NCBI RefSeq assembly: GCF_006345805.1
Contig: NC_042997.1
Span: 94,612,001 to 94,676,000 of the forward strand
Direction: 5' to 3'
From: Octopus sinensis
Lineage: Eukaryota
Length of the DNA stretch: 64,000 nucleotides
Shown here: piece by piece, positions 53,351 through 64,000 of the stretch
How positions within the stretch are numbered: position 1 is the stretch's first letter
How the letters are laid out: every line of letters starts with the position of its first letter
Notes under the pieces: generated by a model
What the model saw: only the letters and a program-made list of their open reading frames with translations
Databases searched by the model: none
Told to the model about the DNA's origin: nothing
Made by a program: the position numbers and the translations under genes

Positions 53351-53400
<50 letters not shown>

Positions 53401-53424
53401 CTATATGCACATATCTCTCTCTCC

Positions 53425-53510
<86 letters not shown>

Positions 53511-53547
53511 TGGTATATTTACATATTATAGAATTTATACTAGATCG

Positions 53548-53660
53548 TTCGTGGCTGGTTCTAATCGATTACATCGACCCCAATGTGCAACTAGTATCTA
53601 TTTTATCAACTCGAAAAGAATGCACGACAAACTCAACCTCGGCTGGAGACGAGGAACGGA
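53548..53660 (-). mobile_element. SINE family B fragment
   Basis: cgattacatcgacccc.atgtgcaactagta...gaaaagaatg..cgacaaactcaacctcggc. Confidence 0.6.
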
Positions 53661-54456
53661 GCAAACTACGGAGAAGTAAGTCGTGTATGTTATGGGAATG
53701 CGTAAAAGAGTGGGGCTACAGTGGGGAAATGGGAATGTGTGATAGGGTTCGATTGGAACATGTGAAAAATATATAGGATCTTAGGATAAAGATGTATTGT
53801 GAAGGAATAGAAAAATAAGGATAGGACAGGTAATTGTTACGTCTGCAGAAGGCGTAATGTTGAGGACATAATAGAGTGCATGAAAGAAACAGATACATAA
53901 AAAGTGCAAATGCGAGAACTATTAATACGTACATACATACACACATATATATATTTAAAATATATATGTGTGTGTATATATATATATATCGTTGAGAATT
54001 TTGAAATAGTAGTTTTTGATTTTATTTTATTTTATATATATGTACCCACATTTACGGTGAGATGGGATTAAGGGAAATATATGGGAAAAAGTGTTATGAG
54101 TAAATACTCTCTCAATTCAATGCTATAGTCGTCATGAAACATAGGACGAATAAGAACGGATAAATCGTATCTATGCATTAGGTATAAATCATATAAGAGA
54201 TAAGCATTTATTTGGTACAGAAAATTGTAATCGTAAAAATGATGGATAATGAGAATAAAGAAAGCCTTCTATCGTTTATTTCTAAGTGTGTTCCTTGCAT
54301 CATTATCTTTATTTTATTTTTCATTTGTATTTGGTTCGTTCTAGAGAGTGTATGAGTGAATGTGCTTCTCTGTGTTGTGAATGTGTTTATGCGTGATGTG
54401 TGTGAATGTGTAAGGTTAGTGAGACACATTGAGAAATATCTTTATGCATGTATGCA

Positions 54457-55344
54457 TACGAGAAAGTACCCAAAAGTAACCAGGAACGTTCTTTGTGGGA
54501 CAATCCCCTTGTATTTCAGGCTTCTGCCGATAGAAGCCACTTCATCCAACGCTCAGGCATCACTCTGCTAACTGGTGTCGTTACGTGAAGTCGTTCTGCT
54601 ACGTTACGTGGTGCATCTTTGCTTTGCAGTGTTTCACCCTTGTTCGTCGATTTTTGTGATGCCTGAAACGAAGGAACAGGGTGCTTCCGTGAAAATCTGT
54701 TTTCTGCAGGGGGAAAAGTTGAATGAAACAGTTCTAATGCTCCAAACAACTTAGAGGGACGCTGTCATGAGCAAAACACAAGTTTACGAGTAGTTCCCCC
54801 GCTTTAGGAATGATCAGTTGCCGCTATGAGACCAACCTCGTTAGGGCGACCCCGACCTGCGAGCGAATGAAAGCATCACGAAACTTCATGAAATGATCAT
54901 GGAGGACCATCACCGAACAATTGACGAAATTGTTGATTTGACTGGTGTGTCATCGAACTGCTGCCAACGAATTTTGAACGAGGAATTGCGAATGAGAAGA
55001 GATGCAGCAAAATTTTTACCTCGTTTGCTAACGGAAGATCAAAAGCATTTCCGACTTAATGTGTGTCGTGGACTGAATGAACAGTTGGAGGTTGATCCAG
55101 ACCTTTTTTCATTGGTGATTACTGCTGACGAAAGTTGGCGCTACGGAATTTGCAGATGTGGAAGATGTAAATGGAGTTCGTAAGAGTTCCAGCACTGCTT
55201 CGAAAAGTGGAAAACGCATCTGGATCGATGTTTTGCTTCAGATGGAATACATCGATCTTGGGAGGTGATAAAGTGTAAATATGTAAAACTAAGTAAATAA
55301 AACAATAACGCAAAGTTCCGGTTTCTAATTGGTACCCCCTCGTA
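54457..55344 (+). mobile_element. Internally deleted mariner element with both TIRs (same TIR family as 39297)
   Basis: tacgagaaagtacccaaaagtaacc / ggtttctaattggtaccccctcgta; VITADESWRY joined directly to EFQHCFEKWKTHLDRC. Confidence 0.85.
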
Positions 55345-55775
55345 TACGTGTGCGCATGAGTGTATACACACACACAGCCATGAAATACACATATATGTAT
55401 ATAGATGTATATATATATATACATCTAACACCACTTTCAGATACAAACACACACACCTACCCACGCACACACACACACACAGGCTCTCTCTCACTTTCTC
55501 CCCATTCATCACCCTCTTGTACTATCTTATATCTCGCCCCACCACTACACACTCAATAACACTATAAAATGGTCAACAATTTTCCACAGGAACTTAGTTC
55601 AATTTGAAAAATCCACCAGGATGGACGAAAGCGCTAATATATGATATATGATATAAGTTATATGATGTATAAAAACATGAAATATACAAATAAATATCTG
55701 TAAATATAAAACCATCCGAATTTCTGAGTACCTAATTTCTTCTAATATAAAATACTTGTACATCATCTCCAAACC

Positions 55776-55855
<80 letters not shown>

Positions 55856-56969
55856 ATATATATATATGTATATGTACACATGCACACAGACATGAGCGCA
55901 TGCAGACACACACACACATACACACACACACACATGGGTAAGTCAAATAATCGTATGTGTTTAATGGTTTTACAACACACATAGATGATAGTAAAAATGA
56001 AAATCAGTTAATATTGTACCTTTATTGAGAAATTGTTACAATCGAGCTCTTTTAAAATGTTACCAAATCACACGATAAATTATAACCGGTCGAGAATAGT
56101 TTGCATATTTGAATATATTGCTTTTGTAATACACTTAAACTTATTTTACAATTCTCATAGACTTTGAAGACGACAAATATAATTACATACTGAATAGTAA
56201 ATTTATACGATTTGTATTCTAAACTTCTTTGATATTCGCAGAGGATAATTTAACAAGTAAGAAAGCTATATCTTCGATTCTGATGCTTATTATGAAACTT
56301 TGATATTCCTAAGATATTTATATTTCCTATGAAGTAATATCAATATTACTTCGACTGTATTCTAATAAATAAAGCTTAAATACGCACGTGACACCGCATT
56401 GGATTAAGATAACGATGTGTATGAAATTTATAATATATATATACAGCCAAAAATGGTACTAGATGTAATCTTTTCCCCCAAGGATATTTCTCAAAAAATT
56501 TTTGTCACTCCACAGTCAGATATTGTGACTGGTGTATTACCAGGAGCGTTTGTCGACTGCATCAGTTCTTAACATAGATGAAAATTCAGACATTCTGAGC
56601 TAAACCAATAAATATTTGTTGTCCTATGGAAATCTGTAAAGTAAACATTCGCCAATTTGTGCAAAAGCTGATCAAGCTGATCAAGTTATTATACGTGATT
56701 TAAACAACTGGAGTAAATACGACACGGGTTACATATATTTCATAGCGAGCGGAACCTCAGAAGTGGTAAATATCCAGCCGAGGTGTATACCACAGGCTAC
56801 TCTTCTGGCTAAGGATATCGTGGTTAAATAAAAGTATATATATATATATATATATGTAATGGCAGGTAAGACTATTAAGTGCTACGGGAGAACTGTAGTT
56901 AGACTCTCTGTTCGATAATAATACGAGTGAGGAGTCTAATAGGTGTCTTGTGTGAGCATGTTTATGTTA

Positions 56970-58035
56970 AATAAAATGAAACAAAACCAAGGTTGTGTGG
57001 AATTTATAGGATATTTATAAAGAGAATGGTAGTTTTAGAACTGTTTCTGGGACATTAGGGATATCCCTTCAACAGAGACGATACGAGAATGTTAACTAGA
57101 GAGAAATAACAGAGTTCAATATAAGGAGCTATTTTGGAAAAGGAGGGATAATACAAGTACAAAGGGAAATAAGACAATAAAAATAAAAATAAAAATATAT
57201 GTAGGATGTTACAGTTGCAGTTCCATTACTCAAGGAAAGTGCTGTGTAAAATGGGTAGAAATGTATATTGTCCATGGTATGAAGATCCTGATAGGAGTTC
57301 ATATTTTGTTATTACAAGTAGATAATGTGGAAGCATAAAATCCATGTTCTGTTCAATCAAGGGATTTTGTGTAAATGAAATTTTGAGAATTTATTGGTAG
57401 GGGTAAGTAGAGAGAAGAGAACAGATATGTATGTTAGCAGGAGAATGGTATTAGTCAAAAGGAATAGGAGAAGAAAGGAAGAAAGAAAGAGGAACAAAAA
57501 CTGAAAAAATGCTAGATGGCGGTCAAGATATTGTGATGAGGATGGAAGTGGAGAGTTCAGGATAAAAGGAATAGGGGAAGGAAAGAAGGAAGAGATAAGA
57601 GTGTAATGAAGGAATATGTGTGGAAAGTGGGAGTTGGGGTAATATGTTTGAAATGCACTAAGATGGGGAGTTAGGAAAATAAAATGGTACGGTGGTGTGT
57701 ACTAAAGTGAGTAGTAATCCTCAAAAAGGAAGGGAAGAATAATATAATGGTCAAATTTCTAAAAATAGACGTATTTATTGTACTAGGTTAAATGATACTG
57801 GTGGAGATGAACTGTAACTACTTTTATGCCCTTATTTCCCTTTATACTCCCATTATCCATCCTTTTCAAAAATAACTCCTTTTACTGAACTCTACTATTT
57901 CCCTCTAATCAACTCTTATATTGCTTCTGATGAAGGAATATCCCTAATATCCGAGAAACAGCTGTAAGACTATCTTTCTCTTTATAAATGTCCGATAAAT
58001 TCCTCAAAGCCTTAGATTTGTTGTCCCATTTTATT
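56970..58035. mobile_element. PLE-like element with diverged inverted arms of about 210 bp, each holding a hammerhead-like motif
   Basis: 56970-57185 is the approximate reverse complement of 57822-58035; plus CTGATGA 57927..GAAAC-AGCT-GTA 57966; minus CTGTTGA 57075..GAAAC-AGTT-CTA 57036. Confidence 0.65.
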
Positions 58036-58039
58036 ATTA

Positions 58040-58151
<112 letters not shown>

Positions 58152-58269
58152 GTGTATTTGTACGTAGCAAATTGCCGATCTCACAAACGATGTACGAGCG
58201 GTCCAAAGAACGGGCGAGGTTTGGACTGTATGCAGGGTACCCCAGTAATTCAGAACCGGAATTTTCAAT

Positions 58270-58860
58270 AGTTTCAAATGCTTAGGCAGCCGTATGTGTG
58301 AATGGATTGTCGTGCAACAATGACGCTTGCTTTGACAATAGACCTTGACTTTTGGCGCGAATTGTTAGTTTCAGTTTGTTGGTTAGTATTTTATAGTACC
58401 CTGCAGAAGTGTCTGTAGACATATTTTCCAGGTAATGTTCCAGTAGAGGATCTTTTTTCATCCCCAAAATGGTTCGCGTAATTTTTTCTTTGAAAAGTTG
58501 ATATTTGGATTCCTTTTTCGCTTGCGGATCGGGGTTTTCTCACTCCATACTATGTCTTTTAGATTCGAGCTCAGTGATGGACCCAAAATGTGACTCCTGC
58601 TCTCTCTTCGTCCTTCATGCTTATCCGGCTATTTTTAAACTTCTTGGTCCACTCATGTAGGCTTCTGCGCAGTAGGGCGCTGTTAGAGTATACTGCTGAA
58701 AGCCTGCGATGAATTTCAGACCTTGACACACCTTGAGAACAGAAAAATCGGATCGGTGATCTTTGTTGTTCCTTAGTGCACATTGCCATCGCAGCATTCA
58801 TGTTTATTCTATATCACAAGAATGAAAAGTGGAGCAATGAAGCTGAAACCTCGATTACGT
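58270..58860 (-). mobile_element. Internally deleted mariner transposase
   Basis: N-terminal HTH (EIHRRLSAVYS..EWTKKFK..DEERAG) then PLLEHYL..SLLHDNPFTH. Confidence 0.8.
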
Positions 58861-58904
58861 AACCACAAGTCTACATTATGTTTTACTTCCACTTTTGTGC
58901 ATGC

Positions 58905-59215
58905 GTGTGTGCAGTAAAAAGTTTGCTTCCCAACCACATGGCTTCAGGTCAGTTCCCCAGCAGGGTACCTGCCTTCTACTATTGCCTCCTGCCAATCAAG
59001 GCCTTGCGTGGGGATTGGTTGATGGAAACTGAAAGAAGTCTGTCGTATGTATTTATATATATGTGTGCATATGTCTTTCTGTCAGTGTTTGACCCCCTCC
59101 ACTGCTTGACGACCGCTGTTATGTCTCCGTAATTTGGAGGTTCGACCAAAGAGTTCCATAGAACAAGTACTAGGCTTAAAAACAGAGTACTGGGTTGATT
59201 TATTCGACTAAGAAT
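58905..59215 (+). mobile_element. SINE family A copy
   Basis: tttgcttcccaaccacatgg...ggaaactgaaagaagtctgtcg...aagtactaggctta. Confidence 0.75.
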
Positions 59216-60294
59216 AAGTAAATGATAAATCTTATAACACATACGCAGAACGGCACTAGCTGTAATGTTTTGTCTTATTGAAATTTCGTCCCCGTTTGGT
59301 CTACCTGTTGACATATAACTCCCGGACATTCAGAACTAACCCAAAAATATTCGTATGGGTATTAATATCGGTAAAGAAAACATTCATTGATTGTACGAAA
59401 GCTGGCCAAGAAAAGATAAAAATGTACGCACACATGCACATTTTTATTACTAATATTTATGAGAAGTTTGTCTACGACCAAATATTACAATCATTTCCGT
59501 TATAATTTTCTAAATACATTGTAAATGTTATTCACATCGCTATTTGAATACAGTTCTGGCTTAGGTGTGTCAGAGTTTTAGTTCTCTGCGGCTATGCAAT
59601 CAAAGCCTAAAATGTTATGATTAATGACATAGACACAATAGAAAATCCTACTTTGTGCTTAATGGTATGTACATTAGTGAATTCCACTAATTAATCTATA
59701 ATGGATTCTATATTCCTAACCTACCATCTTGATACTGCTTAGCAGGTATCATTATCAAGACGAAAGTTCTATTTTCATTACATCGAGTGGGCATAGAATT
59801 ATTTGAATGTGCCATATTGAATACATATAAAGTTATTGATTTCCGTCAACAGACTGCAGCCATGCTGAGAACTTACCTTCAAGGGATATATTCGAGTATA
59901 TTAAATTATGAAAAAGTATTTAAGAATATCGGACGAAGAAGCTACGTAAAATGGAACGGGAGTAAATAACTGTTAATGAAAGTAGAGCAAGATCTTCCCA
60001 GCGACCTGGAAAATTGCTTTAGCATTCCAATCTGATATGTCTACGTACACATACGTAAACAGAAATACGGTTTCTATGATGCACAATGAAATTGACCACA
60101 GATTTCTACAAATACATATATAGTATACAAACAAATACACTTTGTTTGAAATGAAGCCAGTTTGGAATGAAGCCAGTTACCTAACTTGACTTACACAGAG
60201 TTCTCCACTGGAATTCTGTAGTTTAAAAACGTATGTTTTATAGTTTTTATTGCTAAATTAGGTAGGGTTTTTGGGGGTTACGTTGACAGTATTG

Positions 60295-60480
60295 ACTTAG
60301 GAAGGAGGTGCCATGGGTGTTTCACAGGACCCATAATTAGGCGGCCGATTTTTCACCTATTAGAAGCAGCGATTATAAATTCCAAATTGAAGCTGTGGGA
60401 TATGAAATGTGTTAAAAAGGGAATAATATTTATTGCGGGGTGGGAAATTAAAGACTCGTATTTTGACTTGACTTGAAGAA
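60295..60480 (+). mobile_element. Very decayed Penelope-like RT fragment
   Basis: EGGAMG...P*L..F/HLLEAAII..KLW resembles the PLE G.AMGSPLSP.LAN.FM..LE motif. Confidence 0.4.
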
Positions 60481-60599
60481 AAGAAATAGCAATAACGGCG
60501 GTAACACTGACGGCCCTGGAATTAGCGATAAATTAAAAGCAACAACCGTAGGAAAGCAACTTTGACACGTCTTTCCTTTAACTCTTATACGACAAGAGA

Positions 60600-61161
60600 T
60601 TATTTAAACGCACGCTTAAATTCAACTCCTCAGACTACTTCTACATTATCTAGCAGGAAAGTCAACATCGTACGTGAAGAATTCCACCCACTTCACAGAA
60701 TTGATCAAGGATGTCCCCATTGAATCCAGCCAGATGGTGAGTCGAGATTAGATAAGTTTGTTCACCAAAGTCACAACTGATGAAGCACTATCGGTGATTC
60801 AAGAAAAAACTAGTGACAGACACCCATCTAAAAGAATGCACTAGTATACCAATAAGAAACTTGATAGAAATGTTCCACTTCTGTGTAGAAACTACCTACT
60901 TCAGTATGGACAGTAATATCTATCGATAAGAAGAGGGTTTACCTATAGGTTCGCCATTATCACCGATAATACCCAATATATACATGGAATACTTTGAGAA
61001 TTTGGCTTTAGGATCAACACCACTAAAACCTACCCTATGGCTGCGATATGTTGAAGACACCTTTATTCTTTGGCCCCTCCTGGAAGATGTCCAAGTACTG
61101 TTAGATCAACAAACAAGGTGAGGATAAATATCTGTCAAATGTAAATAATGTGAATAATGTA
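60600..61161 (+). mobile_element. Penelope-like reverse transcriptase remnant followed by the SINE-D-type tail
   Basis: YVKNSTHF, SLFTKVTTDEAL, GLPIGSPLSPIIPNIYMEYFE, WLRYVEDTFILW; 2 stops and 1 frameshift. Confidence 0.85.
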
Positions 61162-61520
61162 TAGGGATAAGATGTCCAATATTGTTTTAAGTTAATATAG
61201 GAAAATGGTGAAGAAATATAGTGAATATGTATTTAATTTTATTTGTATCACGATGAAAACATATCACATAATGTAATAGAAATAAGATTTAAAGGAACAG
61301 AATCAACATAAGAAATAAGAAATAGGTGAACATTGCTTCGGATCATCACGATTCGAACAATGTTAGGTGTAAACAAACCCCACAGTATCACCGGATTTCA
61401 TCAAGGCGAATGCTTACATATTAGTGGTAAATAACGAACTAAACAAGAAGGATGAGGACCGTATTTTCAAATATTCAAATAACAAACACTAATTTGTATA
61501 TATATATTTGTATATATATA

Positions 61521-62147
61521 TGCTAGATGGTAAAATGTCTTTATTTTTTCATTTCTTTCCTGTCGAATTTTATCCCTCATTTTGTGGTTATAGAACCTAA
61601 CTGTTCTTTCTAGCGTGTCGAATCCCATGAGTGAATTCCTCTTATGTGTTTAAATGTACACTGTATTTTATGAGTAATACATACTCTTTGGACTAAATTT
61701 TTACATGCTAGGCCATTGGAAGTGAAAATTTCTATTAATTTCCATTTCCCTTTGATATGATTAAGTATTGTAAGTTTTTGGATAATTTTTGATTTTTAAA
61801 AGTTGGCATTTTTTATTGCCGGCGAAGGGCTGCATCTGCGCAGAAGATTTTGAAAAAATTAGGATGTATAAACAAGAGGCACATAGTTGATCGCCTCGTG
61901 TTTATATATTTAATCTAAGGTGTACCCGTTGAGAACGATTTCACCTAACGGGTAAATGTCATTTACTTGCAAAACTAAAATCAGAAACCAATTGGTCCAG
62001 GAAGCTAGATGGTAAAATGTTTTTATATTTTCATTTCGTTCCTGTCGAATTTTATCCCTAATTTTGTGGTTATAGAACCTAACTGTTCTTTCTAGCGTGT
62101 TGAATCCCACGAGTGGATTCCTTATGTGTTTAAATGTACACTGCATT
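61521..62147 (+). mobile_element. Partial tandem (period 482 bp) with a hammerhead-type cleavage site at the repeat boundary
   Basis: Repeats of about 143 bp start at 61522 and 62004; GAAA-CC(AATT)GG-TC at 61984-61997. Confidence 0.6.
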
Positions 62148-63149
62148 ATATATATATATATGAAGCGAAATAGTTTTTATGTAGTTTTAAAATGTGCCAT
62201 TATTAAACAATCAAAATAAGACAGACATTAATTGTCACTTATTCGTTTAATTAAATTGAACACAATTCACAATTGGTAGAGCATATTTTGAGAAGTTTCA
62301 AAATATCTCATTTTTACAGATGAACGCTATGTTAATCTTAGAGTGCAAATGACACCGAACGCCTTGCATTGAAAGCGTCCATGTAATAATAGTAAGATCC
62401 ATTTATATAACAGTCATCATTTGCCGAATATCTTATTACTGTATTAGAAATTAAATGAATGTTTATCAGTTCTTTGTAGATTGAATTAAAAAGATTTTTC
62501 TGTTTAAATCTTCTATATAACGTGCTGTCAGCGGCTCTTGAAGGCGTTAGATTTATAGATCTTAATGGGTCTCAAATGAAGAGCTCGAACTGCTTGTACA
62601 TTTTCGTGTACACTCAAACTTTTAAATCATATTTCGTTTGTTGCTTTTGACCAGTACTATGTATCAGTGTGCTGCTTTTGTTTACGTTACATCTGGCATA
62701 ATGACATACAAGAACATTTTATCGTACTCAAATTTCTATATTCTAACACGTGCTTGTCACACGCGTCCACATTTTCTATTTTGTCGGCACCCACCACAAA
62801 AACACTCATGCATATATATATATGTGTACATATATATGTACAGACGCACATACATATGCATACCTATACACATACATACATATGAATACATACATACATA
62901 TGCATACATACATACATAAATACATTCATACATACATAGATACTTGTACAAGATGTTCAGGATAAACTTGACGATTATTTATGTATCTTGCTTGCAGTAA
63001 CAGCTCGATGCATTGGTATGCAGTCAACGGCGTAGTAAAACATACCGATAAAGGTAGTGGCTGTGAAAATTTGTCTGACATAAAGAACAAGAATCTACCT
63101 AAAATCTGGGAAGGGTTATATATGTAATTGTGATTCGCGCCGGGTATCA

Positions 63150-63700
63150 AATTTCCGGCATCATGACTTCAGCTTAATGCTCTGTGTGTGCTGAAAATGC
63201 TGTAAGGCATGATGTGGGCATCTGCAACGAAGACTTCGAAGCGGTGGCCAGCTGGAGGGACATGGCCTGACTTAGGATTCATCCACCAAATGATGATCAG
63301 GGCCCTAAGCTGAATTCAGGCAGCTATCTGAAGCTACCGGACACTGTTATCATTCCCTGGCTGGAGAGCTTTGCTGCTGGAAGGCCATACATGTAGCTGC
63401 AAGATGTGGCTCATTGCCATTCCACCGTAAACAGTCAAAGGTGATTGCTAGACAATTTCAACGAATTCATCAGACCCAAATTGCGGCCTCTTAGCTCCCC
63501 CAATTGTACTCCTATCATGCGTGGGTCGAGAAAGACATTAACTGTTCAGCGGCGAGTGGTACCTAAGTTCAAGAAGATGTTCGAAGATCTTCCCAAGGAC
63601 GCAGTGAGGAACGCATGTGCAAGATTTCGGAGCAGTCTTGAGGCTGTGGTGGTCGGCTACTATGAGTGAACTGTTATCTTCCAGGCATGACTATAATTTA
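63150..63700 (+). mobile_element. Tc1/mariner (maT/DD37D-like) transposase 3' remnant
   Basis: LQDVAHCH (QD.AP.H), RPLSSPNCTP (WPP.SPDLNP), LPKDAVRNACARFRSSLEAVV. Confidence 0.65.
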
Positions 63701-63774
63701 GAATTTTTGATTTTGAAAATTACTTTCATTTTTGGATGGGTTATTTTATTCTATTTTCCTTTGCATCGGCCTCA

Positions 63775-63850
63775 CTGCTAAACTGGTACTTATTTTAACG
63801 ACCCCCAAACGATAACAGGTAAAGTAGACCTCATCTGCATTTGAATTTTA
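63775..63850 (-). mobile_element. SINE family B fragment
   Basis: aactggtacttattttaacgacccc.aa.gat.a.aggtaaagtagacctc. Confidence 0.55.
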
Positions 63851-64000
63851 CTTATATATTGTCACTCTTCTCTAGTGGTAAAAATGAAAACAAATTGCGT
63901 CGTGAAAAATCGGAAATACGATTCCAATATTCAGAGTTTCTCATAAAATACACTCTCCAAATATTCAGTTTTTTTTTTGGCTTTATAGATATACGCAAGC

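Overview
AT-rich eukaryotic non-coding DNA, dense in microsatellites. The repeat families suggest an octopus/coleoid genome, but this is pattern-recognition inference and was not database-checked. No host gene can be named. The window is mostly transposon debris: four tRNA-derived SINE families, at least six Tc1/mariner remnants, a young and an old R4/Dong-type (RT+REL) LINE in (TAA)n tracts, an RTE-like 3' fragment with C2H2 fingers, a LINE ORF1-like zinc-knuckle fragment, a TTAA-flanked piggyBac-like MITE, and Penelope-like (PLE) RT and GIY-YIG remnants. The strongest hidden signal is a set of type I hammerhead-ribozyme (HHR) motifs from several sequence-unrelated families. One is near-canonical (51227-51333) and lies inside a perfect 65-bp inverted repeat. 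One forms a back-to-back two-strand palindrome (695-825). Others sit in inverted arms, in a retrozyme-like partial tandem and in a tRNA-headed SINE. A candidate 294-nt exon (22030-22323) and nearby decayed reading frames are the only possible host-gene traces. All alignments and folds were done by eye.
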